From Camelus dromedarius (taxonomy: Eukaryota), in contig NC_087454.1 in assembly GCF_036321535.1 (NCBI RefSeq), positions 28,396,001 through 28,460,000 on the forward strand: a stretch of DNA of 64,000 bases, given 5' to 3'. Within the stretch, counting starts at the first letter, position 1. Each line of letters begins with the position of its first letter. Positions 25,411 through 39,011 of this stretch are shown piece after piece. Made by a program: the position numbers and the translations under genes. A model generated the notes under the pieces. It ran no database searches. It saw nothing but the letters and a program-made list of their open reading frames with translations, and had not been told where the DNA came from.

Positions 25411-25577
25411 TCTGCCTCCCCCAGCTGACAGGAGCATCCTGGGGGCTAGGGTCGGTCTCCCCCATCAAACTGAGGGCTAAGGGAAATGGCTTTGTCTCTC
25501 CTATCAGACTGGAAGCCCCTTGAGGGTGGTGATCGACCCAGGCACTGGGACATCTGAGGTGCAGATATCTGGGAACA

Positions 25578-25583
25578 ATTAAA
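25578..25583 (+). terminator. Probable PTCRA polyadenylation signal (ATTAAA)
   Basis: First strong hexamer after the stop codon, about 170 nt downstream. Confidence 0.5.
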
Positions 25584-27789
25584 GGAGAACTTATATGACA
25601 CAGGCAAATGAAAAATATTTTAATTCATGTCTACTATAGGAGGAGGGAACTGGGTAGATTTAGAGGAGGCAGAAATCTTGGAAGACTTCCTGAGGGTAAG
25701 AGCCTGGGAATTGCAGAGTGGGGCCAGGGGTTGGGGAGGATGCTGTCCCACCTCTGTCTCCTTTCCCCATCACCAGGCATGAGGCAAGGCCCTCTATATT
25801 CATCTCCTCACCCTGGCCCAATCTCTCTTGAGAGTTGAGGGCAAGGAGCCCAGGAACCCAGGAAGATAGGGTGTTGGGCCTTATGTGAAATCTTGTACAG
25901 ACTTGATGGAAAAGAGCAGGGCCAGGATCCCAGGGTGACGAGATCATATCCAATGCCAAGATCACAGGTCATAATTCCAAACTTACATGTTATTAATCAA
26001 CAAAGGGTCACTATTCACTTGACAAATATTCAGTGAGAGTCAGCTCTGAGCCAGGCAGGCACTAAAGAGGGTTTTGTTTTATTTCCTGAAGAGAGTTCTT
26101 GCACTGATAGAATGTGAAGCTCCCACACTGGAGTGTAACCTGTGTGTCCCCTGTTTACCCAGTGCTGGCAGGAAATCCAGCCTTTCCCAGGGTTTTCCCT
26201 CCAATAATCACCCCAAGAATCTCTGGGTGCTTTCATGTGACTCCAGATGTCCTCTGGGCAGCATAGGACAGTTTCCTGGATCAATGGCCCCTCTTTAGTC
26301 TTCCTTCCCCTAGAGTGGCAGTGGGGAATTATGCTCCAACACCCCCCCACACACATGGCATCAATGACACTCCCAGCTTCCCTGAGCCTGTGTCCTCGAA
26401 GCTGCTGTTCAAGGAAAACCCTCACCTTCCCCTCCACTGTCCATCTCTCCCCAGCCTGGAAGGAGATTCTCCCACCTCTTTTTTGGATTCTTGAAGGAGG
26501 GAGAGGTTAGAACTTCTGGAATGAATCTGTCCACCATCCCCCTAACACACAGACTGAGGAAGGGGTAGGCTGGGTGGCAGCGGGGGTGTATCCAGCCATA
26601 ACCTCAGACTTTCTCCAGCTGCTCTTCCTTCCCAGGTCTCAGCCCAGATACTGAGGCCAGAGCATATGCCAAACTAATCTGTGTCTCAGTAAATGCCCTC
26701 AGAGACCCATTTGTTTATTCTGGAAGCAGACTCCCCTGAGCTTCAGTGCTCTTTCCTCTCTCGCCCTCATTTCCCCAATTCTGCCCTGCCCCAGACTCTG
26801 AATCCCAACTGAGCTGGCTTAACATTATTTCCCAGGAGGACTCTCTGGCCCTGGAAATCAAGTGCTATGGTCAGACTCTGAGCCTCTCTGAGTCTTACGA
26901 AGCCTGCAGAACATGGAGGCCCTCAGGAGGTGTCCTCATCCTGGTATATACACTGTGGAACTCTACATACCACGGCTCCTGCTTATCCAAAGTGCCTTGT
27001 CACTCACACGATTGTTTTGAGCAAGCAGCTAGACCAGGAAATGACAAGTCGATGCACTGAGCATCAGTCTTTTAAGTCTTTATAAAATAGCATAAATATC
27101 TAACCTCTGGGAAGGAAACATAGGCACTAGAGAAACAGGGGTTTATGGACAAAAATGGAATTTGCATACAACTTCCCAGAGAAGCAGCCTTGGTCTGCGT
27201 GTGTCCGTAGGACACTGAGCTCAGGGGTAGCCTGAAGCAGCCCAAAGACCCAGAGTCCTCCTCTTGAGGACACAGTGGGGTGGGGGGGTTGTTCATTGAG
27301 CCAGGCTCCGAGTTGTTGCCAGGGAGAAGGAAGGAAATGCAATCGTTCATTAGCCAAGTCCCTGCCTTCTGGGACCTCAAAATCTAAAGACATAAATAAT
27401 AGGGCAGAAAAGGGGATGAGGTCACACGCTAAAAAAAAAAAAAAAAAAAAATTAACCAGTGAACTTTTTACAATCTGCCCAATAAGCTTTAGTTCCATTA
27501 ACCTATTTGAGTTTCCCAGGAATAGGCAAGCCTTGAACAGCAGCTAGGAGGATCACTTTTGTCATCAGACGAAAACTGAGGTTCGGAGAGGAAGTGATTC
27601 GTTCTAGTTCTCACCGGGGCAAGTCTAGGGTTACTGGGCATAATAATAAAGCTGCCTGAGGGCTGGGGACCGTTTGAGTTCCGGTCTCATTCACAGCGCT
27701 TACTAGAGTGACTGGACATTACAACAATAAAAACAATCATTATAGTAGTAAATTTTTAAAACAAGTGCTCATTCAGTAAGAGTTTGCTG

Positions 27790-28245
27790 TATTATGACCC
27801 GAGAGGGGGAAGTGACGTGCGAGGAGGCGGAGAAGGTATGTGTCGGCCTTTCCCACGTCTTCCAGGACCAGAGCGCTGCTTCCTCTCTCCTGGTCCTGGT
27901 CTCTTCTAGCCCCTCCCAGAGCCTCCGTTAGGGGTGGGAAAAGATGTGCCATAGGTCACTGAGGACACCATCCGATCTCTCACTGGCCGAGGCCGAAAAA
28001 AAGATAGTTTTCCCATTCGCTAGCGGGCAAACCCCCAAAAGCCCATTGGCTGCGTCGTCCGCGGGCCTCCGTCGGCTTTGGGGGCGGGCCGAGGCGGCCT
28101 GAGGAGGGAGCGCGCCGGGGGCTCGCGGTTGCCCCGGTTACGCCCAGGCACGTGTGCAGTCCCGGGAGCGGCTCCGGGAAGCTGCCCAGCGCGCGCAGCC
28201 GGAGGAAGCGCAGCCCGGTCCGCTGGGGTCGGGCCCGGCTGGGCC
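27790..28245 (+). promoter_or_regulatory. CNPY3 CpG-island promoter / 5'UTR
   Basis: GGAAGTGACGT (ETS-CRE) 27808-27818, ATTGG ~28045, GC boxes, high CpG content. Confidence 0.7.
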
Positions 28246-31200
28246 ATGGAGCCGTTACCTGAGCCCGTGTCCCTGCCCCAGCCCGTGCCCCGCTGTTTTC
28301 TGCTTTTTCCCCTGTTATTACTGCTGCTGCTGCTACTGCCGGCCCCACAGCTGGGCCCGAGGCAGGCCCGAGCAGATGAGACCGACTGGGTTCGGCTGCC
28401 CAGCAAATGCGAAGGTGAGGGGGCGGGGCCCACGAGGAGTATGCTGCTGGGGGGCGGGGCTTGCGGAGAATAGGGGTGCAAGGTCCTGGGCTCTGGAAAG
28501 AGTCTCCGCTCCTCGAACCTTCTGTGTGCCTGGCGCTGTTCTGGACGCTGGGGACGGGGCGGGCGAGAGATCAGGTCTTGTTGCACCTGGAGCTCAGAAA
28601 TCGGTGGAAACAACCAATTATAATCGGGGTAGTAGATGCCGTGATAGAGGAGGTACAGGGCTTTGGGGGCTGGGTAAGGAGCATTTAATCTAGCCTAGGG
28701 CTGGGGAAAAGGCTTCGTCCAGGAAGCGCAAAGAGTGATTAGGAGTTAGACGGGTGAAGAAAAGTGAAAAGAGAGGGCCCCACCCAGGAAGCCACAGATG
28801 CAGAGGCCTACAAGCAAAGGATAAGTTTGAGGAACTGAAAAGAGCCATGTGGCTGGTCTTGGGGGAAGAAGAGCTTGAGACTCTCCCCTTGTGCCCTCAC
28901 CCAACCTATTTTGTGTAATTAGAGTCTCCCCCGCTGGCTGTGGGCCCCTTGAGGGCAGGGACCTTGGCTCGGATATTTATTCACACTGTGCTTGGTAGGC
29001 ACCCAATGAATATACTTGGAATAAGTATGAATAAACGGGGGCGCGGGGCGCTGTGGGTGTGGGTGGAGGAAGGAGGAGGGTCCGAGACCCATCATTTTGG
29101 GGGAAGAATGGAACCTGGGGGAGCTTGGTGAGGGAGGAAGATTTTAGGAATGTGGGACAAGAGTGAATCCCAAAGACATGGGGTGGAGATGTGGAACTTC
29201 AGAGAGAGAGAAGAGAGCACCAGCACACAAAGCGGCCATCCAGGACTGCCGACGGCCTCCCTTTTTTTCCCTCCCCTCCATTTCTTGGTTTCCTCCTCAG
29301 ACCTTTACAGCCTCTTCTTCCTTCTCACCTCCCTAACCCCAGCCTCCCACCCCTGAAAGTTGGCTATAAATCTATTGCATCCAAATTCGAAGCCTACGGC
29401 TGGCCAGATGTTCCCTAAGCTGTGGGAAGTGGGGGTGGCCCAGGATGCATAATCCTTTCATCTGAGAGATTAGAGGTGAGATACTTCCGAGAGGAGCTGA
29501 CTTCACTGGTGGGCCTTCCGATATGGGTTCTGGCCTGTACTTTACCCCACTCCCTTGAATAGACAGTCGGAGGGTTTGGATGCCTTCCTGTCACTCTTCC
29601 TCTAGTCATAACCAATAGCCTTTGAGGGTTTCACTTCCCCTTCTCATTTTCTATCGTATTCTGATACCACAGAGCCCTTACTGTTTCTCTTATTATTCTC
29701 ATAGCCTAAGAAACTCACATTTCTTTTCCTTAAGAGACTCAAAGAAGCATAGAGCTGGCAAAGATCTTGAGATCATTCTAGTCTGACCTGATGTTGCAGG
29801 TAACTGATAAAGAATAATTTAAAAGGGACTTTCAGTCGCAGGATGGCTTGGCAAACTCCAGCCCTTAAGTTCCTCTTAGTAGTGTATTTACATTTATTTA
29901 TCACTGTTATAACTTTATTATTAATGCTGACTGGCCCACAAAGTCTGCCTCCTGGCTCAGTAGTCTGAGTGGAACAGGCTTTGGCCCCGAGGGAGGAGAA
30001 CCTGCCCAGAAAAAAGCAGGTAGATGTCCATGAGGATCTGGGGTCTGTGCTACGGATCTCCTCCAAGTCTGGTTCTGGGTGGAATCCCCAGAGGGGGCTT
30101 GACAAGGTAAGGTTTGGAAGAGTTGGGAAGCGAGGTTATGGTTGATGGGTTCCAGCCCTGTAGGGCCTAGAACACTGTGGGAGAGGAGTGCGTGGGAGAG
30201 GAGGGCACGGGAGCCAGAGAAATGATGAGCTTGCACAGAGGGCAGGATAGAGGAGGGGAGGGAGCCCAGATGGTCCTGGATGGAGAGCCAGGGAGGTGAG
30301 ACACCCTCAGTTCACTGCAGACTCTGAGATCACTGGCTTATATCTTGGAATTTTCATGTGTTCCAAGTTCTCCAAGCCACGTATTAATGGGTATGTTTTA
30401 AAGTTCCACCAAGCAAGCCTGCAGGGGATTGATTTGTTTTGGTGGTAAGTTGGTTTTCTACCTAACTCTGCTGTTGGTGTTATAAAAACGCTGATGGCAT
30501 TTAGGCTGCAGACCATATTTCATTGGGAGACATCAGAAGCTGCCTTGACCACACATTTTCTCTGAGCAATGTTTATCAAGTACCCAACACACAAAGTCCC
30601 AGACTAGAGGAATAAAGAAAAAATCCAGTACATAATCCTAATACTGAGCACCCTTGTGGTCTAATTGGAGAGACACATGAGATGACCACGGCCCTTAGTG
30701 AGAGCATAGATCCTGCAGAGTCCCAGAATGAAATCAAGAGCAGGTGGGATTCATCCAGAAGCGCTTCCTGGGGGAGGAGGCTTTGAGGGTGAGGTTGGGA
30801 GAATGGGCAGACAAGCCCCAAAGCCCCTAGAGGGCATCAAGCACTTTCCTAAGGCCTCGGGCACTTCACACTTCCAGTGCTAACGCTCCTTATGCAATGG
30901 TAATTATTTGTTTAACTACTTTCCGCTCCTTTGGACTGAGTATCTGGAAGGGAGGGACCTTGTTTTCATCTCTGTATCCCCAGGCAGTGCCTGACACATA
31001 GGAGTTGCTTAATAACTGTTTGAGGAAGAGTAAGTGGAAATGAGAAAATGAATGTACAAAAAACAGAAGAAACAGGCCTCTGGGGGAGGAGGGAGCAAAT
31101 TAACTTGGTAGGAATAGAGAGCTGGTGTTGGAACAACATGTGAAAAAAAGTAATAAAATAGCCGTAAAAGACATTTGGGGGACAACTGGAGAGAAGTTTG

Positions 31201-34200
31201 AGTGTGGACTGAGCATTAGATGATACTGGAATTATTGCTAATTTTCCGAGGATTGTAATTGTTTTATGGCTAGGGAGGAGAAGGTCCTTGTTCTCAGGAG
31301 ACGGGTGATGACTTATTTAGGAGTGAAGATCATGATGTCCGCAACTTACTTTCAAAATGGTTTAGCAAAAACAACGTGTGTATTGTTGAGATCTATTATT
31401 ATCACATTGTTTCATATTATACATTGGAGGGAGAGTGTGGTAAATCATTAATGAGTGGAAGGTATATAGTTATTCATTGTACTCCTTCAGCTTCTCTATA
31501 TGTTTGAAATTTTGAAAGTACAATAAACGATTGAAATGAAGTCGATAGGACAAGGGCCAAGACTGGACTTGGGGCAGTGGATTTTGGAGCCAAGTTTCCT
31601 TCACTCAGTGAACTCCATTTGGTGGTCTGGTGCTAACTCCTTCTCTGCTCCAAGCATTGACTCGACCCAGTCTAGGAGAGGCATCCACTTGGGTCTGTTT
31701 TGCTGGGAGCCAGCTCCCGTCAAAGACTCGGATGCACTCAGTAGGCTGTGCTGTGTATCCCTCCCATAGTGTGTAAATATGTTGCTGTGGAGCTGAAGTC
31801 AGCCTTTGAGGAAACCGGCAAGACCAAGGAGGTGATTGACACGGGCTACGGCATCCTGGACCGCAAGGCCTCCGGAGTCAAATACACCAAGTCGTAAGCG
31901 AACAGGGGACCCACTGGCCTGGCCTGCTTTGTTCCTTGGGGTTTCAGTGGCTTGAAGTTTCCTTCTCCCTTCCCATGGGAAGGCAGTTCTAACTGAGACC
32001 TGAGTTTGCCCACTGGTTCTCCCCACAACTGACTGTGTGGGCTTCATAAATCCCTGCACTCTTCTGGGCTTCAGATTCCTCATCTGTAAAAGCAAGACTG
32101 TTGGACCTTCTCAGTGATCCCTAGACTCTTGGATTTCATGGACCAATGTTTAAAAATATAGGATTGCCTAAAACTTTTAATTTTGTCAGATATAAATATT
32201 AAAAACAAACCAAAAAACACTTCCATCAACTATGATCATCCTTTCAAAATGAAATGATAGCTTAACATCAAATTTTAACACATTTTGCTTTATTAAAAAA
32301 AAAACTACTGAATCATTTAGCTTTATTAAAAAAAATTCCTTCCCATAGAGCTGTTAAAATTGTCTCTCTGGTCTGTGTTCCAGCATTTCAGAGCCCCTAG
32401 ACCAGATGACCTATCTTCCTTCCAGCCCTGACTTCCCGTTGGTGAGATGCGCAGGCGCTGGGGTAGCAGGGCTGGAGGGACGGACCACTAACTCACTGGG
32501 GCGACGAGGGGACTCAGGCCCTCTTGTGCTGCTGTCTCGGCAGGGACTTACGGTTAATCGAAGTCACTGAGACCATCTGCAAGCGGCTCCTGGACTACAG
32601 CCTGCACAAGGAGAGGACTGGCAGCAACCGGTTTGCCAAGGTTGGGTTTGTGCCTGCCCTTCATCCCCCCTGGGGCCAGGCTGCTGGTCTGGGTGCCACT
32701 GGAGGATCGTGCCCTCGGAGCTGCCCTCCTCGGCCTCTCCTCGATCTTCATCCATTGCTGTTTGCACCCCTGCCCTCCTGAGTGGCTGACTTTCCAGTGT
32801 CAGTGAGCACATTCCTGATGGCCTGGGCCTGCCCATCGGGTCCTGCCTCAGCCTCAGGCAGAGATGCTCCCGGGTGGGAGTCCCCGTGGGGACCTAAGCA
32901 CTTGCACAGGGAGAACTCAGGATATACAGAGTTGTAGGGGTTTAGAGGAGATGTCAGGAGACTCTTGGAGGTGGGTAGTGACTACCTGGTCATTCCTTTG
33001 GGCCCACAGGGCCCCTCCCTGGACCTCCATCATGGTGCCTTTATGACATTTAATGCACTTACTGTGTTCACGAATGCTTCTCTCCCTGGAAAAGGAGCTT
33101 TCTTGCAACAAGACTCATATTTCTTTGTCTCCGCATCTTCCGTGCCTGGTAAGAGAGCCGTCTCCCACGTTTCTCTGCCTAAGTACCCTTCTAGCAAAGG
33201 AGCTCCATCAGAAACCTCTGGGACACCCAGAGGAATAGTCTCAAGCCACAAAAGTCTTGGGTTTTCTTAATTTTATACTAATGTTGTACTCAGTAATAAA
33301 TCTATGTTTACTTTCATGTAAAAATGTTCAAAGTTATTTTCCATAGCAAAAAATAAAAAATAATAAAATAAAATAAAATAAAATAAAATAAAATAAAATA
33401 AAATAAAATAAAATAAAATAAAACCGAACCAACCTAACCATTCACCAGTAGGGGAGTGGTTAAATAAATTAATATGGCCATTCAGTGGACTATTATACAA
33501 CTGTGAAGCCAAGAACAAGGTAGCTATTTGTGAATGGAACTAAAACCATCTCCAAAATATATTATTAAGCCATTTAAAAGTCAAGGTGCAGAATAATCTG
33601 TATGATTTATACTGCTGCTTTGCAAAAAGCGGGGGTGGAGGCGAGGAGGATATATTTGTGTGTGCGTGCACGCATTATCTCCAGAAAGACAGAGGAAATA
33701 GACTGTATGTTGTCTCTGGGGAGGAGACCTAGGGAGCTGGCAGAAGTATTTTTACAGAACCAAGAGTCCTGCCTGCCTTGCCTGTGCCATCTTCCCACCA
33801 AGGAAAGACACAAGCCGGGGGAAGAACCTGAAGCAGGGGTGGGTGTGGGGGAGTGAGTGTGCCCACCACAGGGAGGGGAGAGAGCAGGACACACTAATTT
33901 CCTGGAAAAGGAGTTTGGTTCAAAGGGCCTGAGGGTGACAACAGAGCTTTTTGAAAGGACAGTACGTGTGTAGAGGGATTATGGGACTCTGGCCTAAAAG
34001 AGGGGAGAGGAGATCAAGTGTGAGAAGCCATCAGGGGTCTTGATCTTGACTTCGAGCTAGGTCCTTGGGCCTCCAGCAGCACCGGGAGAGGAAAGGTGCC
34101 TCTCTCCAGCCTCTCATGTCCGGTCCCCTCTTCCAGGGCATGTCAGAGACCTTTGAAACGCTACACAACCTGGTGCACAAAGGGGTCAAGGTGGTGATGG

Positions 34201-35075
34201 ACATCCCTTACGAGCTGTGGAACGAGACCTCGGCGGAGGTGGCCGACCTCAAGAAGCAGGTATGGGCCCCTCTGCCCTTGGAGGCGGTTGTGCCCCACAG
34301 GACTGGGTAGGGGGATGGGTCTGAGGCCGCAGAAGGCTATCAGGAGCCAGGGGACCATGTCAAGTCATTTCATCTCCTCTGGCTTCAGCCTCCTCAGGGG
34401 AATCACAGCCACCCCACTGTCCGGCAGTGGGTTGTGAGGCTCGGCCGGGCTCCCCCGGGAGAAGTCAGTGCCAGGGCTTTGCCAGCGTGAGGTGTTGTGA
34501 TTCACAGTGTGACGTACTGGTGGAGGAGTTCGAGGAGGTGATCGAGGACTGGTACAGGAACCATCAGGAGGAGGACCTGACACAGTTTCTCTGTGCCAAC
34601 CACGTGCTGAAGGGCAAGGACACCAGTGAGTCTGAGGGCCGTCAGCCTTGGTTGTATGATCGTATTGTCTGCTCCCCCTCGGGGGAGGTGGGTAGGGAGA
34701 GGACGGAAAAGAAATAAGAAACGGGCATCGTAGCATCTCTGTCCTCAGGGAGCTTGATGGGACAGTTGGGAAAGGCCCAGACATCCCCAGTGGCTCTGCC
34801 GTCAGTGCTCCTCACCCAGCAGACCAGCTTGTTGAGGGTGTCTGTCCTCTCACTCAGGCTGCCTGGCAGAGCAATGGTCTGGCAAGAAGGGGGACACAGC
34901 CGCCTTGGGCGGGAAGAAGTCCAAGAAGAAGAGCAGCAGGGCCAAGGCCGCTGGTGGCAACAGCAGCAAACAGAGGAAGGAGCTGGGTGGCCTCGAGGGA
35001 GACCCCAGCCCTGAGGAGGACGAGGGCATCCAGAAGGCATCCCCCCTCACACACAGCCCCCCTGATGAGCTCTGA
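28246..35075 (+). CDS. CNPY3: Protein canopy homolog 3 (PRAT4A; ER co-chaperone for TLR folding)
   Basis: Exons 28246-28414, 31770-31893, 32544-32640, 34137-34259, 34508-34625, 34858-35075. Reads [19 protein letters not shown]...[19 protein letters not shown]...FLCANHVL and ends SPPDEL*. Confidence 0.98.
28890..29035 (+). mobile_element. L2 LINE 3' end
   Basis: ccccttgagggcagggacc...tgcttggtaggcacccaatgaatatacttggaataagtatgaat. Confidence 0.55.
33348..33423. repeat. (TAAAA)n pentanucleotide microsatellite in CNPY3 intron 3
   Basis: About a dozen consecutive taaaa units inside an old L1 fragment. Confidence 0.92.
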
Positions 35076-38000
35076 GCTGAACCCAGCGGCTCCTGCTGAC
35101 CAAGACCGCTGACCCGGAAGCAGAAGGGTCTGGGCTATGGCTCTGGCCTCAGGCCTGCCTGCCTCGGCTGTGCCTCTTCCTGCTGCAGACAGACTCCAGC
35201 CCTGGAAGAACTCAGATCAGCTGCAGCTGGCCCGGGCCGTCCTCTTCCCTCTGCCCACGGAGCGCCCCTCTCCTGACACAGGCTTCAGACAGGACTGCCG
35301 AGGACTCAGCATGGACTCGGGTGGGCAGGGTTCGGAGCTGGACCCCAGGACTGCAGCTTGGAGCCTGTCACCCCCTCACTCCTCCCGGCACCAGGAAGCG
35401 AGACGGAGACCCCCAGCTCCTCCTCTGCCCACCCTCTTGTGGACAATTTGTGCTCTGCCCGGCCCTCCCCAGGGCTCACAGAGTAAAAACCATTTGGCCT
35501 TTTTCGTCCCAATTTCTGAGTCCCCTTCAGCCCCTCAGAGGGGCCCGGAGCCCATTATGGCTCTTCCTGCTCCTCACCTTCCAGCCGTGGGGGATGAGGT
35601 TGAGAGGCTGTTCCCATCCTCTCATTACTGAGGCCTAACCGGCTGACTGGGGAACAGCAGGTGTATGGAGGGCGGCGGGGTGTGGGGTGAGGCTGGGCAC
35701 AGTGCTTGGGCCTGGGACCTGCCCCTCAGCTGCACTTGGCCTACTTGAACCCCCCAGGCTGGGAGGGGCCTCATTCCTTCCCTGCATCCCACCTCTCCTC
35801 TCTCCCCCAAGGTCTTCCCGTTTGTTGTGTAAAGTGTACACGAGTGACCACACCGGCTCCCGCCCCTGCCCTCCACCTCTGTCTGGCCCTGCCTGTTGGT
35901 CTTGAACCTTGTTCCCTGATGACTACACCTGATCACTCTGCACTTCCTAACTGTTGTGCCTGGAGCCTAGAGGGGAGGACAGCCCAGTCCCCCAACAACA
36001 GCTGGTTACACCATATTCTCTAGGAGCAGGGGAGGAACGGGAAGGCTGGCCTCTGGGGAGAAGGGGTGGGAAGCTCAGGCACCTCCCCAGTTTGTCCTGA
36101 GGGCAGAGATCAGTGGCGTCAGTAGCAATGGTGATGATGCTAGTGCTTTAACCCTAACAGTGCACTTGGGTGGTAGCTGTTAGCCCCATTTTGTAGAAGG
36201 AGAAACTGAGGCTCAAGTCAAGGGATACACCCGAAGCCCTCCTGTTGGTAGTGGTAGACCTGCCCTCAGACTCTGGCTTTGAGCGCCAGTGCATTGTATC
36301 CACAGGATCCTGCAGCTGCAGGACCCCTTCCCCACTGACACCTGGCACTGACCACGTGGTTCATATTGAACTGGTTTGGATTCTTACCCTTAAAGCCCCC
36401 CCACTAACAAGTCTCTTCTAAAAGGAAAATAGGAAGCAGCTGTTGCTTCTTGGAAGGTGAGAATGGCGGAAGGGGCCGCCACGTCCCCAGGAGCACCCGC
36501 GCTGAGGCCAGCAGGTAGGACCAGCACTGCTGAGGGGTCCCAGACTCCAGCTTCCAGACAAGAGACTCTGGGGTCCCTTCAACCTGGGCTCAGTCCCTCT
36601 TTCCCTCCCCGAGGTGGGGACACCGAGGCCATAGAGAGTGGGGCAAACTGGGAAGCTGCTTCTCCTCTGGCCTATGAGGCTTAGAACAGGCCCTTGGAGG
36701 ATGATCCTTTTTGGTCTGGCCCCCACCTCCCCATCTCCAGTGCTGATACCACCCGCTGTTGAAGGGGCCATGGGCAGAGATTCCAGTCCTGGACTTTGTT
36801 CTGAACACAGGAGACAACTGGGGTCAGGCATTGGAACCCAGGGCTGTCTAGGGTTTGATGGCCAGTCTGACTCCCTTATCCTATCACTAACCCACAGCAC
36901 TTCAGTGCCTGGCTTACTTCTGTCCCCAGAGTTTCACTGTCCTTAGAGTAGGATGAGGCAAGACCTATCCCCTCCCTGGGGTGTTGGCCCAGGGGCCAAA
37001 TCCCAGGCCAAGGACCAGCCCAGAGGGCGGGCAGCTCTGTGACTGTGTTGCTCTTTGACCTGTGGCTGCGTGATGAGCACCCTCTCCCGCCCCCCACAAG
37101 GCCAGACATATTGCACACTCACTAGCTCCCCACCTACCCACCCCAGCAGGCAGCTTCTCCCTGGCCCAGTCTGGAAAAGAAAGAAGGCAGGATCTGGCTT
37201 CGCCACCACACACAGGCTTCTTTGAACTTGAATATTGCCTCCCACTTTCCCACATCCCTTCCCTCCATGAGGTGAGGGTACTGTCTGGGCTTGAGTGAGC
37301 CTGACTTCAATCTCCTTATTAGAAACCTGATGAAAATAGGGTTTCCTGCCCTCACCTGGACGTGAGAGTCACTTGGATGCTTGTTAAACATGCTGATGTC
37401 TGGGCCCCCCTCAGACTTCCTGGGTGGGAGATCTAGGAGTCCGTGTGGGTCTTAAGATGAGGCCAGGTGGAACCCACTTCACCAGGAAGAATTTGGGTCT
37501 TGTGTTCACAGGGGCCAAGGCCTAATGAAGCCACATCTGGTCCTCAGAGACACGAATTGTCAGAACCTCAGAGAGGATCTCTCTCCCTGTTGGAGACATG
37601 CATCACCCAGAACCACAAAGGTCGATGGGCAAACCTCGAGGTCAGTTTGTCAGTTTGTTCCAGTTCAGTGATAAGTTTCAGGTGCCGGGGCTCTGTAGTC
37701 TCAGAAGTGGCTGCATTGGGACCTCTCTGTATTTGTTTTAAGAGATAGCCCCTAGGAGTCTGGCTCCTCCCTTTATTTCCAAGTTCCTGGGCGGTATTAA
37801 TGTGCAGCATCTTTTTGCAAGTTAGAAAGTGGTGCTCTTCACACCTTTGACTCCCATCTGTCAGAAAGTTACTTTAATAAAAGTTTTGTTAGAGTAAGAC
37901 ACCTGACTGCCAGAATTCCTGCCAGAAAATGATAACAAATATACAAGCTCATGAGTTTTGCAATTTGCATTGAAGCCCCTTAAATATGGAGAATTTGTGC

Positions 38001-39011
38001 AGTGCACAACCTGTCCACATGTTCACAGCTGCCTTAAATCACTTTAGGTCACAAGTACGAACAAAATTCCTCTCATTTTTTGATCTTGAAAGAAAAGCAC
38101 ATGTTTTCGTGACAGATGCATGGTCCACACCTAACTGGTTTATGGAAGGACTCTGTACTAATCCTAGCAGCAGAGACAGCTGAATCCCTCTTGAACATCC
38201 CCTGATGCCCTAGTTTGCGCTATAAGGAGTTTAATAATAATAATAGTAGTCACTTTTTTGAGTGTGTGTTACTATGTGGCAAGCACAGCTCTACATGGTT
38301 TTACATAGTTTACTCACTTAATATTTAATGACCTTCACAAGGCCATGGATTCAAAGTAAAATACAGGAAAGTCCACATAGGTGTACAGCTCAGTTAATTT
38401 TTACAATCTGAACACCGAAGTCACCAGCACACACATGATACATTGTTACCATCACCCAGAATCCCCCACTCCCTACACACACGCTCTACAAAAAGAACGG
38501 GGATTTTTGTCTGTTTTGTTCACTGCAGTATCCCCAGCACTCAGAGTTGCCACTTAATAACTATCTGTTGAATGAACAGAGCACAGAAAGGTTAAATAAC
38601 TTACCCAAGGTCACACATTTAGGAAGTGGCCCAACCAGGTTGCGAGTCCCAGTGGAATGGCTTCAGTGCCCTGGGGCATAACCCCAATGCTGTAGAACCC
38701 TGCAGCCACAGCCAGTTGGCTCAGACCATCTTTCCTCCACGTGGCTCTCTTCTAGAAGGCACGCTAATCTATTTATGTCTTCAGAGTTCCATGTTGGACG
38801 TGCAGTTGGGAGCGAGTTAACCTTCAAGTCTTTCTCCCTTTTCACTTTACAGTTGTGGATAGTTTAAAAGCAGCTGACCCTGACACTGCCCTCTAGGGCT
38901 GGCTTCTCTTCACAATTTCTTTAAGAGGAATCCAGTTTTCTTCATTCTTTCTTTAAAAGTGTACCGTCCACTTATTAAGGTTGTACTGGCCAACAGAACT
39001 TAAACTCTCAC

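Noticed and set aside
24762-25437. 154-aa and 206-aa antisense ORFs over PTCRA exon 4
   Set aside because: Shadow ORFs of a GC-rich coding exon; no independent evidence.
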